Positions 7,407-17,585 are shown, counted from the first letter of the stretch. The stretch: DNA of 58,941 nt from Minisyncoccota bacterium (GCA_035620375.1 DASPGX010000015.1:1-58941); one strand, 5' to 3'. Numbers and translations are program-made. The notes: a model not told the origin generated them from the letters alone.

Positions 7407-10301
7407 CTATTCCATGCGGTCGCGGATGGCGCAGTACCGGCAGTCGCGTTCGTCGCACCGGTCGTTCCAGAACTCCAGCACGCGCACGCGCCCGTACATG
7501 TCACGGATGAGGGTCTTCAGGTCCCCGGTCATATCCGGAGTAACCGCGAAGGCCTCCTTTTTATATCTGCCGGACGCGTTGGGTTCCAGAAAATCAATCT
7601 GTCCGCCCGTCATGTTCCATTTTCCGTCCAGGTCCAGCAGAAGTTTGTAGAACAGCAGCTGGCGCCATTCGTTTCCGGTGTCGCTCTTCGTCAGGCCCCT
7701 GATGGCGTTCGCGCTCATGGGAGCTTTAGTCTTGTAGTCCACGACGCTGACCGTATTGCCATCCATGAGTTCCACCTTGTCCAGTTTCCCCGTCAGCGCG
7801 ATATCCGGATCAAGCTGGACGCGTTCCACGGCATACTCGGTCCTGACGTTGCGGTGCCACGAACCCTCGTATGCATCAAACCATCCGGAAAGCGACTCGG
7901 CGCCCTGCCGTTCCAGTTGCTCACGCATCTTTTCCGACAGGGCCGCCCGGGACAAGGCGGTGCGGAACGCCCCGATGAGGTCGGCCTTGGTGAAGGGCTT
8001 CTCCGGCCGCGCGAACACGCGCCGGAGCGCCTCGTGTGCGGCGGTGCCGTATTCCCCTTTCGGACCCGGTGCCTCCGGATACCGGACGAGGTTCAGGAAG
8101 TAATACCGCCAGGGACAGGCGAGGAAGTTGTTCAGCGCGGATACCGACAGCGGCTGCTTGGCCAACAGGTCCGCGATGAACGCCTTCTGCCGGAGGACCG
8201 GCTCGCTCCGTCGCCGGCCCGTGCGCGCCGCCATGTGTCCGGCATACTCGGATTCCAAAGACGAGGTGTCCATGTCGCGGCGCAGATGCTCCGGTATGGA
8301 AAGCACGAACCGGCTGGGCTGGAGGTCCTTGCCGTCCGCGGTCCGCTGGGGCCAGGCAAGCACCAGGCGCTTACGTGCGCGGGAGACCGCGACATAGAAC
8401 AGGCGGCGGATGTCGTCTTCGTCCGCTCCGGGGTCATCGTCGGCAAGATCGTCCGGCAGGGGCAGGCGCGGCGGTTTGCGCGCGTCGTCCCAATGTCCCC
8501 GCACGGCATGCGCCACGAACACCACGTCGAACTCCAGTCCTTTCGCCTTGTGGGCCGTCATCAGCTGCACCGCGTCCGGACGGGGCTGGGACAGGGCGGC
8601 CAAATCCACGTTGTGGGCGTCCAGCCGCTCAAGCGCGTCCAGAAAATCGGCGAGCGTGGCACGGTGCTCGGACGCCAGAAACGCGCGCACCGCGTCAAAC
8701 AGCGCGTGAAGCTTGGCGATGAGTTCATTGCCGTACGGGTGCGATGCGGCATGGGACACCCAGCCGGTCCGGTCCACCACCTCCTGCAGGGCGGACGTCG
8801 CATCCTTGTTGCGGATGCTGACCGCCAGGTCGCGGAGCATGGCGTAGGCGGCGGAGAGCGCGGCGGGGTCCTCGGCGTCCAGCCGCTTCAGCCGCGCCGG
8901 TGAGCGGAGCAGATCCCACGCGGAAACCCCCGTATCCCGTGCTGTTCTGCCGATGCGCGCAATGTCGAGAGGAGACACCTTCAGCAAATCCACATGCAGG
9001 GCATCCACCAGCGCGGCGTCGTCCCCGATGCTGCGGGCGGCCTTCGCCACGGCGAGCAGCTTGCCCACCTCGCGGTCGCCCAGCACCTGAAGGTCGGACT
9101 GCACCGCGAACGGCACGCCCAAGCGTTCCAGGGCGGACTGCAGGCCGTCGGCCTCGCGGTTCGTCCGGTACAGCACGGCGATACGGTCGGGCGGGGTTCC
9201 CTGCTGGATTGCGTCGGCGGCGAGTTTTGCGATGCCGAATTCCATTGCCCCGGGCGAGGAGAACGCGTACAGCTCCGCGGCGTCGTCCGCGTGGCCTGCC
9301 TTGGCCTTCAGCGCCCCCTGTCCCGGTGAAATGCCCATCGCCGCGTCCAGGATGGCCTGGCTGGAGCGGTAGTTCTCATCAAGACGGATGACCCTGCAGT
9401 CCGGATAGCGCTTGCCGAAATCGCGGAAGTTCTCCGGACTCGCGCCCTGAAACCGGTAAATGGCCTGCTCCAGGTCGCCCACGACGAAAAGATTGGGGGC
9501 GTCGCCGGAGGACTCGGTGATATGGCGCACGATGGCGTTCTGGACGCGGTTCGTGTCCTGATGTTCGTCCACGAGCACGTATTGATACTGCTCGGCCAGA
9601 TCCAGGCGGAGGTCGCGGTCCTTCTCCAGCGCCGAGGCCACGCGGACAAGCATGTCCGCGAAGTCGTAGCGGTTCGTCGCGGAAAGTTCCTTTTCGTACC
9701 GCGCGTATACCCTGGCGAGTTCGGTCATCCGCTTCGCCTGACGTGCCTGCGTGTCCTTGGTCTTCCCCTTCGGCGACGCCGATTTGACCGCTTTGGCGAA
9801 TTCAGCGGGAGCGTACCCCTTTCCTTTGACATCCCCGAGCGCGCCGATAATCGCGCGGACGTACGACTCGGGGCGCCCGGCCGGACGGAGCGACGGGACG
9901 TCTTCCGACTCAAGAATTGCCTCAACGACGCCGAGTTGCTCGGCGTCCGTGATGGCGGTGCCGCCGATGATGTCCGGAAAGCTGTCGGGATACCGCCCGA
10001 TGACTTCGTTGCAGAACGCATGGAACGTACCGATGCGCACGCCGTACGCCTCCTGGCCGATAAGGCCGGCGAGACGGTCACGCATGTTGAACGCCGCCTT
10101 TTCCGTGAACGTCAGCGCGAGGATGCTCCGCGGTTCGGCGTCCGTCTTCTTCAGGATGTTGGCGATGCGCAGGGTAAGCACCTGCGTCTTCCCCGTCCCC
10201 GGACCCGCGATGACCATGACCGGACCTTCAACGGCATCCACCGCCTCTTTCTGGCGGGGGTTCAGCGCCTTGTATTCCCTGGCGAACGGCGTCTGCGGCA
10301 T
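7407..10301 (-). CDS. UvrD/PcrA-family helicase fused to a C-terminal PD-(D/E)XK (Cas4/AddB-like, Cys-cluster) nuclease
   Basis: Walker A AGPGTGKTQ, DEHQDT, helicase motifs. C-terminus has CPWRYYF, VDYKTK and CDERDCRYC. Start set at MPQTPF (ATG 10301). Confidence 0.9.
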   Translation of the reverse strand: MPQTPFAREYKALNPRQKEAVDAVEGPVMVIAGPGTGKTQVLTLRIANILKKTDAEPRSILALTFTEKAAFNMRDRLAGLIGQEAYGVRIGTFHAFCNEVIGRYPDSFPDIIGGTAITDAEQLGVVEAILESEDVPSLRPAGRPESYVRAIIGALGDVKGKGYAPAEFAKAVKSASPKGKTKDTQARQAKRMTELARVYARYEKELSATNRYDFADMLVRVASALEKDRDLRLDLAEQYQYVLVDEHQDTNRVQNAIVRHITESSGDAPNLFVVGDLEQAIYRFQGASPENFRDFGKRYPDCRVIRLDENYRSSQAILDAAMGISPGQGALKAKAGHADDAAELYAFSSPGAMEFGIAKLAADAIQQGTPPDRIAVLYRTNREADGLQSALERLGVPFAVQSDLQVLGDREVGKLLAVAKAARSIGDDAALVDALHVDLLKVSPLDIARIGRTARDTGVSAWDLLRSPARLKRLDAEDPAALSAAYAMLRDLAVSIRNKDATSALQEVVDRTGWVSHAASHPYGNELIAKLHALFDAVRAFLASEHRATLADFLDALERLDAHNVDLAALSQPRPDAVQLMTAHKAKGLEFDVVFVAHAVRGHWDDARKPPRLPLPDDLADDDPGADEDDIRRLFYVAVSRARKRLVLAWPQRTADGKDLQPSRFVLSIPEHLRRDMDTSSLESEYAGHMAARTGRRRSEPVLRQKAFIADLLAKQPLSVSALNNFLACPWRYYFLNLVRYPEAPGPKGEYGTAAHEALRRVFARPEKPFTKADLIGAFRTALSRAALSEKMREQLERQGAESLSGWFDAYEGSWHRNVRTEYAVERVQLDPDIALTGKLDKVELMDGNTVSVVDYKTKAPMSANAIRGLTKSDTGNEWRQLLFYKLLLDLDGKWNMTGGQIDFLEPNASGRYKKEAFAVTPDMTGDLKTLIRDMYGRVRVLEFWNDRCDERDCRYCAIRDRME

Positions 10302-10385
10302 ACGGCAAGTATAGCAATGCCGCGGTGCCACGGATATGTACACAAACTGATTCTATGGTATGGTAGGCGCCGTCAAGGAGGTCAT

Positions 10386-11420
10386 ATGATTCGGTTATGC
10401 ATCGCTCTTTCCGTTATGAGCATGGCGGGCACCCCCGTGCACGCGCAGGCGGACAACGACAAGCCGCTGACGCGGAATGCCTACCGCACCGCGGCGGCGG
10501 CGGCGCTGCCGTCCGTGGTGACCGTCCGCGTCCGGCGGGTGCAGGAATATTCGGCCCTGGATTCCCGTCCGCGCGGCGGTGACAGCGGTTCCGGCAGCGG
10601 CATCATTGTCGGCGCCGACGGGACGGTGGTCACGAACGCGCATGTCGCTCCCGACGGGACCTACGATATCGTCGTGGTGCTGTCGGACAGCCGTGAGTTC
10701 CGGGCGACGCTGGTGAAGAAGGCGGGTGACACGGACATCGCGGTCATCCGGATGACCGAACCGCCCGCGGACCTCGTTCCCGCGCGGTTCCGCGACCCCG
10801 CCACGGTCCAGCCCGGCGAAATCGTCATCGCCATCGGCACACCGCTCGGACTGAACAACACCGTGACGCAGGGCATCGTCAGCGCGTTCCGGCCCGCGCG
10901 GCTGGGCGGCAACCCGTATCCGCACCGTGTCATCCAGACGGATGCGGCCATCAATCCGGGCAATTCCGGGGGCGCGCTCGCCGATTTGGACGGCGCGGTG
11001 CTGGGCATGAACTCGTACATCCGCAGCGGCGGAAGCGGGTCCATCGGCCTCGGCTTCGCCATTCCTGCGGACATCGTGCAGATTGTCGCCGGCCAGCTCG
11101 CAGGAGCGGGCGGCGGCCAGGGATGGATAGGCCTCGTCGGGCAGGACGCGGATACGGCGCTCCGGCGCGCATTCCGGCTGCCCGAGGATGCGCGGTGTGT
11201 AGCCACGACCACCGTGGAACCCGGAAGTCCCGCGGCGCAGGCCGGCCTGAAGCAGGGCGACTGCATCATGACACTGGACGGGCAGGACGTTCAGGATGCG
11301 GATTCGTTCCAGTGGACCATCCGCAACCTGGAGCCCGGAGCGCAGATTACGCTGTCGGTTATTGCGCCCGGCGGCGCTGCGCGCGAGGTGCAGGTGACGG
11401 TCGGAAAGCGCGGCGAATAA
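10386..11420 (+). CDS. HtrA/DegP-family serine protease with PDZ domain, secreted
   Basis: SD AAGGAGG. Signal peptide. Triad TNAHV / DIAVIR / GNSGGAL. C-terminal PDZ-like segment. Confidence 0.9.
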   Translation: MIRLCIALSVMSMAGTPVHAQADNDKPLTRNAYRTAAAAALPSVVTVRVRRVQEYSALDSRPRGGDSGSGSGIIVGADGTVVTNAHVAPDGTYDIVVVLSDSREFRATLVKKAGDTDIAVIRMTEPPADLVPARFRDPATVQPGEIVIAIGTPLGLNNTVTQGIVSAFRPARLGGNPYPHRVIQTDAAINPGNSGGALADLDGAVLGMNSYIRSGGSGSIGLGFAIPADIVQIVAGQLAGAGGGQGWIGLVGQDADTALRRAFRLPEDARCVATTTVEPGSPAAQAGLKQGDCIMTLDGQDVQDADSFQWTIRNLEPGAQITLSVIAPGGAAREVQVTVGKRGE

Positions 11421-11459
11421 CGAACGACGCCCCCGGGGAACCGGGGGCTTTGCATTTTT

Positions 11460-11482
11460 AACGGCTCACGGCATGAGCCGTT
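11460..11482. repeat. Conserved palindrome H2 (AACGGCTCA-CGGCA-TGAGCCGTT)
   Basis: Same arms as H1 and H3-H5. Lies between convergent htrA-like and VWA genes. The only copy with no adjacent structured RNA. Confidence 0.75.
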
Positions 11483-11560
11483 GACCCCCCCCGATAAACA
11501 AAAGCCCCGACCTTTTGGGTCGGGGCGTGCGACGCCGGAAGGGGCAAAGCCTCTTCCGGA

Positions 11561-12631
11561 CTACGGGCTCTTCACGATGACGAGCAGCAGCAGCGCCGCC
11601 ATCAGGGTAATGAGCAGTTCACGGCTCAGATCGCGGTCCGCATACTGGATTTCACGGCTCTCGGGGATGCGCGTGCGCTCCACGATGGCACGCATGGCGT
11701 TCTTCAGCTCGTCGCCGTCGTACGCGTTCCAGTATTCGCCGCCCAGTTCCTGCGTCATCATCCGCAGGAAAATGCGGTCCATGGACGTCAGGACAAGGCG
11801 TCCCGCCTCATCCCCTTCGGTCTGCACCATGTACTCCTCGGGGCAGCCCCTGGCATCCCGCTTTGACGGGATGGGGAACAGCTCGTACGGAATGCCGATG
11901 CCCAGGACGTAGACCCCCGTACCGCCGGAAGCGCTCAACGCGCTCAATGCCTGAGTCCGGCTCTCGGCGAGGATTTCCTCCGGTCCGTCCGGCTCGCCGT
12001 CGGTGAGGATGATGAGGATACGCTGCGCCCCGCTGTCGGGCTCGAAGAGCTGCACGCTCTTGAGGACCGCGTCCCAGTGGTTCGTCCCGCTCAACAGCAT
12101 GCCGGACGCGATTTCGGCGTGGCCGAATTCTCCCACCAGCCGTCCGACCAGCCGGTAATCGTCGGTCAGCAGGGGGACCATCTGGTACCCGAACCGCGTG
12201 AACACGACAAGCCCGATTTTGTCGGTGCCCTGCCTGCGCAGCAGGTCAAGGAAGTTATTGAGCTCCTGCTTGGCCATCTGCAGGCGGCTTGGGCCGCACG
12301 GGTCCATTCCCGTCTGCGCCAGCATGGAGAGGGATGCGTCCATGGCGATGACGATGTGCACGGGTTCGTACTTGGTGACGTACGAACGCGTCCGCAGGAA
12401 CGGCTGCAGCAGAAGCAGGGCCACGAGCCCGCCGACCGCGGTGGCCAGCAGGCCGTACGCCATGAACCGTGCCGTGCCGTACACCCGTCCGCGCATCGTC
12501 CGGCTCGCCCAGGCCAGCGCACCGCTGCGCCGCCAGGCATACCGGATGTACAGAAGGAATACGGCCGCCACGGAAATGGCGGCCGCGGTCAGGTACTGGG
12601 AATGTACGAAGTGCAGTTCGCCCATCGTCAT
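11561..12631 (-). CDS. VWA domain membrane protein (BatA/BatB-like)
   Basis: MIDAS-like IVIAMDASLSM and ILTDGEPDG, with N- and C-terminal TM helices. The ATG overlaps the upstream stop (ATGA). Confidence 0.8.
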   Translation of the reverse strand: MTMGELHFVHSQYLTAAAISVAAVFLLYIRYAWRRSGALAWASRTMRGRVYGTARFMAYGLLATAVGGLVALLLLQPFLRTRSYVTKYEPVHIVIAMDASLSMLAQTGMDPCGPSRLQMAKQELNNFLDLLRRQGTDKIGLVVFTRFGYQMVPLLTDDYRLVGRLVGEFGHAEIASGMLLSGTNHWDAVLKSVQLFEPDSGAQRILIILTDGEPDGPEEILAESRTQALSALSASGGTGVYVLGIGIPYELFPIPSKRDARGCPEEYMVQTEGDEAGRLVLTSMDRIFLRMMTQELGGEYWNAYDGDELKNAMRAIVERTRIPESREIQYADRDLSRELLITLMAALLLLVIVKSP

Positions 12632-13218
12632 CTCCAGATACGCTGGGACTGATTGGAAGCGCCGTCCTTCGAGTCCTTCAGGGACCACAGGTCCGTGAGG
12701 GCGCCGAGCTCCTCCATTTCCTGATCCCCCTTGTCCTTGCCGGAGGATTTCGCCTCCTGCTCGATTCGTTTGAGGAGCAGTTCCAGGTTGATTTTCGTCT
12801 GCAGGTCGCCCGGGTCCGCCTTCAGCGCGGTGATGTACTGGTCCTTCGCCGTCTCCAGCTGTCGCCGGGCGACGGCCAGGTTTCCGCGGTTGTACAGAGC
12901 GCGCGCCGCAATGGCGTCCGTATGGGCGCCGGCGGTGACCGAGAACGCGCGGTCTGCGGATTCGGTGTCGCCGGTCATCAGGGACAGCACGCCTCCGGCG
13001 TAGTCCAGACGCCGCTGGAGCTCCGGAATCTGCCGGAGAACCCAGGAGGCGCGCGACGCGGCAAGCGATTCCAGCGCCGCGGCATATGCCGCGGGGTCGG
13101 AACCCGCCTGCGCGGTCAGGACCGTCCGGAGCGTCCGGTCGTACTCACGGTACGACCAGCTCCAGTACGCAAGCGCTCCGGCGATGAGCATGAGCGCGGC
13201 GATGAGCGTTCTCTTCAT
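12628..13218 (-). CDS. TPR-repeat membrane-anchored protein (BatC-like)
   Basis: N-terminal TM, then TPR-like helical repeats (ALYNRGNLAVARRQLETAKDQYITALKADP). Confidence 0.65.
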   Translation of the reverse strand: MKRTLIAALMLIAGALAYWSWSYREYDRTLRTVLTAQAGSDPAAYAAALESLAASRASWVLRQIPELQRRLDYAGGVLSLMTGDTESADRAFSVTAGAHTDAIAARALYNRGNLAVARRQLETAKDQYITALKADPGDLQTKINLELLLKRIEQEAKSSGKDKGDQEMEELGALTDLWSLKDSKDGASNQSQRIWR

Positions 13219-13231
13219 GGTTTCCTCCGGG

Positions 13232-14302
13232 TTACGGAACTTTCAGCCACAGATGTTCCACCAGCAGCCACGCGATGAAGCACGCGGCCATGAACACGTA
13301 GACGGGATAGCGGCGGTCCACCGTGCGCCGGGCACGGTCGAGAATGAACGTCCGCTCCTCGGCGCGGTGCACCTCCTCAAAGAGGGCGGGCATCGCGTCC
13401 AGGTTGCTGCTCTCACGGTACAGCCCACCGGACTCCAGCACGCTTTTGATGATGGCGCGCTTGTTCTCTTCCTGCTCCTGCGGACTCAGGCCGGTCGCGC
13501 CCGAACTCTCGTACGCGATGAAGTGCACCCGCATGCCCAGCCGCCTCGCGAACCAGATGGCCTTGGGCGGGAACATGCCGGTGTTGAACTTGCCGTCCGT
13601 GAACAGGATGATGAACTTTCCGGTCTGCGTGCCGACGGCTTCCGCCACTTCCTGGGCGTAGCGCAGGTCTTCCCCGGGTGTCCCGAGGGAATCCACGCTC
13701 CGTTCCAGGCGCACGCGGCTGTAGTTCTCGCCCAAGGCATCGGCTGCCTGGTCCTCCATCAGCGCCATGATTGACACCCAGATGCCGTCGCCGATGGCGG
13801 TATAGGCACCGAGCAATCCCTGTTTGGTGACGCCGATGGCGGATTCCACCTGGGCGAGGTCGTCGGTCGGGGGAACGATGACGCGGGCGTACCCGTTTCC
13901 CCGCGACTTCGACGACGCGCCGCTGTAGGCGCTGATGCCGATGAAGTCGCCTTCCCGCTTGCGCACGAATTCCTTCGTCATCTCCTTGATGCGCTCCATC
14001 GTGCTGTCCGGGCCGTTGCCCATGCTCGTGGAGCAGTCGATGCTGATGACGTACACGCGGTCGCGGAGCTGGATTTTCGCCGTCTCCACGGTGCGTTTGG
14101 GATTCGTGAGCGCGTAGGCCGCTGCGCATGCGATGAGGAACCACATCAGGAGCGGTCCCCCCATCAGCAGCTGCGGAACGAACCCCGCGGGCTTCGCCTG
14201 ACGCCGGGACGGAATATTGAGCCACTGGCGCGGGCGGCTTGCGGCCACCCACGCCAGAAGCAATCCCGCCACGGTGAGACCGAAGAGGAGTTCTCCGCTC
14301 AC
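13232..14302 (-). CDS. VWA domain membrane protein (BatA-like)
   Basis: VISIDCSTSM...ILFTDGKFN, with TM helices at both ends. GTG start overlaps the upstream stop. Confidence 0.8.
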   Translation of the reverse strand: MSGELLFGLTVAGLLLAWVAASRPRQWLNIPSRRQAKPAGFVPQLLMGGPLLMWFLIACAAAYALTNPKRTVETAKIQLRDRVYVISIDCSTSMGNGPDSTMERIKEMTKEFVRKREGDFIGISAYSGASSKSRGNGYARVIVPPTDDLAQVESAIGVTKQGLLGAYTAIGDGIWVSIMALMEDQAADALGENYSRVRLERSVDSLGTPGEDLRYAQEVAEAVGTQTGKFIILFTDGKFNTGMFPPKAIWFARRLGMRVHFIAYESSGATGLSPQEQEENKRAIIKSVLESGGLYRESSNLDAMPALFEEVHRAEERTFILDRARRTVDRRYPVYVFMAACFIAWLLVEHLWLKVP

Positions 14303-15714
14303 GCCTTCACTTCCTGAATCAGGGCACGGAACGCGCCCGATTCCAGCTGCCCGTCCAGCTCACGCAGGTCGGCGAGCGATTGCTCGCTGGACTTCGTGAC
14401 CAGAAACTCCAGGCCGGATGCGGTAAGCGCCGCGGCGGCTTCGCGGCTCAGCCGCGTTTTGCGGTTGCATGCCGCGATGTACCGCGCCAGAAGCGGACGC
14501 AGCTGCGTCGCGTATTGCAGCGACGGCTCGGCCGTGTAGGCGGCCATCGCCGTTCTGCACCGGCTCCGCAGAAGCCAGCGCCGCCAGAACGCCTGCTCGA
14601 ACACGGGGTCCGGCAGATTCACGTCCGGTTCCACGGCCGCGGGACCGCGCTTCTTGGCGCGGGCGCGGGTACGCAGGAACACGACGACGCGGTGCATGCC
14701 ATAGCCGGTCAGCCCGGTGACGATGACGCCGCTGAGCGCCACGGGCAGCCACAGCAGGAGCCACCGCTCGTGCGGCGGGTCCGCGGTGATGCCTTTGGGC
14801 GGCTCGAACGTCGTGTCCCGTGAAATGACGGAACGGACGTACACCGTGGCGGCGCCGACGGTGATGGTACTGATGTCCGCAGGATGCCGGGCGGCCGGAA
14901 GGCGCGAGCCCTCCGCCCGTTCGGTATCGTCCGCGTACTTCCAGGTGACCGGCGGGAACGGGAACGGCACTCCCTTGGACGGCACATCCATCACCGCGAA
15001 CCTCCAGGTCCACGTGACGGTGCGCCGGTCGCGCACCGCATCTTCCGTCCGACCGGTGGAAAGCAGCACCAGCGGTTCCCGGAGCTTGAGGGCATCCAGG
15101 TACATGATGTCTTCCGACGGCTCCTCGGGAGCGAACTCGTTGAGGAACCGGACATCTGACGCCGCGTGAATGACAAGCGTCGCGGTGTTCGCGTCGCCGA
15201 TGCGCGCGACTTCGTGCAGGAGGTCGGACTCCGCGTAGACGGAGACCTTTTCGAGTTTCACCGCCGGCGCGTCCGCGGATGCGGTCCTGCGGACCTTCCG
15301 CGCTGAATCCCCTTCCGTGATGACGACGTCGTACCCGTACCGGATGGCGAACGACGGCACCTCATGGGTGCCGAGTTCCCAGCCCGGATCGGGAGCGACG
15401 ACGAGCGTCACGATGAGGAACTCCAGATCCCTGACCTCGGGTACGGCCATCCGGATGCCGGCATGCGCGGAAACCAGGGTGAAGGGCGCCACGACGGCGC
15501 TCTCCAGGTCTTCCGGCGCAAGCTCGACGCCCGTCTGGACGTACAGCACGTACGCGATGCGCGTCGGTTGTGCGCCGACGAACATGGAACGTTCCGGCCG
15601 GGCCTGGATTTTGACCGGTGCGGCTTCCGCGGGCGAGGCCGGGAACACCGCCATGGCCGCAAGCGCCCCGGCCAGGAGCGCCGACCGGGCCTTTCGCAGC
15701 AGAACAACGGACAT
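14299..15714 (-). CDS. Secreted/membrane protein in Bat-like operon (BatD-like topology)
   Basis: Signal peptide, large extracytoplasmic region, late TM helix WLLLWLPVALSGVIVTGLTGYG, cytoplasmic tail. Assigned by context and topology only. Confidence 0.55.
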   Translation of the reverse strand: MSVVLLRKARSALLAGALAAMAVFPASPAEAAPVKIQARPERSMFVGAQPTRIAYVLYVQTGVELAPEDLESAVVAPFTLVSAHAGIRMAVPEVRDLEFLIVTLVVAPDPGWELGTHEVPSFAIRYGYDVVITEGDSARKVRRTASADAPAVKLEKVSVYAESDLLHEVARIGDANTATLVIHAASDVRFLNEFAPEEPSEDIMYLDALKLREPLVLLSTGRTEDAVRDRRTVTWTWRFAVMDVPSKGVPFPFPPVTWKYADDTERAEGSRLPAARHPADISTITVGAATVYVRSVISRDTTFEPPKGITADPPHERWLLLWLPVALSGVIVTGLTGYGMHRVVVFLRTRARAKKRGPAAVEPDVNLPDPVFEQAFWRRWLLRSRCRTAMAAYTAEPSLQYATQLRPLLARYIAACNRKTRLSREAAAALTASGLEFLVTKSSEQSLADLRELDGQLESGAFRALIQEVKA

Positions 15715-15723
15715 GGTTCCTCC

Positions 15724-16566
15724 TTACCTCGATTCCGAACGCTCCGTGAAGAAATCGCGGAGCGAGTCATAGAGTCCGAATTCGTCCTGTGTCGTCGTCA
15801 GCCGGCAGCGGTCGATGCCCAGGTCGTCCAGGTACCCGGACGGATCCCCGGCATCCACGCCGGCCGCGAAGACGGTCGTTCCCGATTCCACGTCGCGGAG
15901 GACGAACGTTCCCGCGATGGGCGCCGCCTGTGCTTCCATAGGGTCGGATACGACGACCGCGATGACGTCGGCACGCCCGGCAAGGTCGGCCAGGCGCGAC
16001 CGTTCGTCTTCGGGAAACAGGAAGTCCGAAATGACGCAGACCAGGTCCACCCCTTGGGTACCCTGGGCACTGAGCTCCCAGGCGAATTCCAAGGCGGAGA
16101 CCGGATCGGTCAGCTGTCCCGCCGGTTCCAGCGCGCGAAGGCCTGCGACTTCATCGTCCCAGACCTGCGCCGAACCGATGACGGACGTCACGCGCTCGAT
16201 GCGGTCCGTGAAGGCGACGGCACGGAGGATGTGGCCCCGGGACAGACATGCCGTCCCGAGGCCCTCCAGTGCCTGCAGCGCGGTGACGCGCTTGGGTCCG
16301 GCGTTGCCAAGTCCGCCCGACGCGGAGATGTCCACGAGGAACAGCACCGACGCCCGGCGGTCCGGGAACTTTTCCGTCACCAGCCATTCGCCGTATTTGG
16401 CGAAATGGCGCCGGCTGACCGACCGCGGAGAATCGCCGACCTCCAGCGGCCGGTGGCCGGCGAGATCGTACCCGCTGGCCCACTTGGCCGTTCCGGACTG
16501 GGCGAACCCCTCGCGCTGACGGACCCGCCGCCTGATGACGACGGGGAGCTTCTTCCAGATGTTCAT
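15724..16566 (-). CDS. DUF58 family protein (MoxR partner)
   Basis: DUF58-like VLFLVDISASGG. ATGA overlap with the moxR-like stop. Canonical MoxR-DUF58 pairing. Confidence 0.8.
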   Translation of the reverse strand: MNIWKKLPVVIRRRVRQREGFAQSGTAKWASGYDLAGHRPLEVGDSPRSVSRRHFAKYGEWLVTEKFPDRRASVLFLVDISASGGLGNAGPKRVTALQALEGLGTACLSRGHILRAVAFTDRIERVTSVIGSAQVWDDEVAGLRALEPAGQLTDPVSALEFAWELSAQGTQGVDLVCVISDFLFPEDERSRLADLAGRADVIAVVVSDPMEAQAAPIAGTFVLRDVESGTTVFAAGVDAGDPSGYLDDLGIDRCRLTTTQDEFGLYDSLRDFFTERSESR

Positions 16567-17585
16567 GACGCCTGCGCGATGGGCACGGACGCGAGCACGT
16601 CGGCGATGAGCCGGTCGTTTCCGGTGACGCCGAGTTCCCGCGACTTGCGCAGGTTCCGGGCGAACTTGAACCGGAGCGCCGGACCGGCCATGGCGCGCAC
16701 GTCGTCGAACGTGATGCGGCTGCGCCCCTTCAGGAACGCGTGGACGGCCGCGGCGCGGGTGAGGTCCTGGCCGGCACGGATGCCGGGTCCCCAGGAATTC
16801 GCCGGATGCTCGTGGATGCCCGTGATGAGCCGCTGGACGTACCTGATAACGGGATCGTCATGATGCCGCGTCAGCACGTAATCCTCCAGAATCGCGTTCT
16901 GGATGGCGACGATGTCGTTCACCTTGAGCAAGGCGGGAATCTCCCGGTGCCGCGTATCGAAGACCGCGATGCGCCGGAGCAGTTCCGGCATCGGGTACGG
17001 CACGTGCGTCAGGAGCATGAAGCGCTCCCGCAAGGCCTCGGGCAGCTCGTTCGTTGACTCCGCGGACTCCACCGGATTCTGGGTGGCCGCGAAGAAGTAG
17101 AACGGGCCGACATCCAGGGTTTTGCCCTCGATGGTAACCCGCTTTTCCTCCAGGGGCTCCAGAAGCGGCGCATGAACCCGTGCGGGGGCGCGGTTGATTT
17201 CGTCCCCGATGAGAATCTGCGTGAAGATGGGTCCCGGGGCCAGGACGGTCTCGGTAATCTTCCTGCCGCGTTCGTCCGCGGTGTCGAAGCTGCCGATGGA
17301 GTAGTACAGGTCGCCCGGATAGGTCTCCGGCGTGAACTGCACGCGCTTGACCGCCGCGTCCACCGTGCGCGCGAAGGTCGAAACCAGGAGCGTCTTGCCG
17401 ACGCCCGGCTCGCCTTCCAGCAGGACGTGCCCGTCGCCGAGCATGGCGATGAACACCTGCTCGATGATGTCGTCCAGGCCGAGCACGCCCATGTGGACGG
17501 CGGCCGTGGCCTCGTTGTACTTGGCCAGGAACGAGCGGCCGAGCTCGCTGTGCGGCAGACGGGCGGAATCCGTTTCGTTCGTCAT
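16563..17585 (-). CDS. MoxR-family AAA+ ATPase
   Basis: Walker A GEPGVGKT, Walker B ILIGDEINRA, ATQNP. Start set at MTNETDS (ATG 17585). The tracked 5' extension has no homology signal. Confidence 0.9.
   Translation of the reverse strand: MTNETDSARLPHSELGRSFLAKYNEATAAVHMGVLGLDDIIEQVFIAMLGDGHVLLEGEPGVGKTLLVSTFARTVDAAVKRVQFTPETYPGDLYYSIGSFDTADERGRKITETVLAPGPIFTQILIGDEINRAPARVHAPLLEPLEEKRVTIEGKTLDVGPFYFFAATQNPVESAESTNELPEALRERFMLLTHVPYPMPELLRRIAVFDTRHREIPALLKVNDIVAIQNAILEDYVLTRHHDDPVIRYVQRLITGIHEHPANSWGPGIRAGQDLTRAAAVHAFLKGRSRITFDDVRAMAGPALRFKFARNLRKSRELGVTGNDRLIADVLASVPIAQAS

Noticed and set aside
7389-8903. Very long ORFs antisense to or overlapping real genes. Examples: 7389-8903 +, 9522-10385 + (upstream part), 15364-16863 +, 20237-21061 +, 31540-32976 +, 32684-33748 -, 39211-40626 +, 41081-41857 +.
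   Set aside because: Stop codons are rare in GC-rich DNA. These translations are Arg/Gly/Pro/Ala-rich low-complexity strings with no motifs, and each lies opposite or upstream of a gene with clear family signatures.
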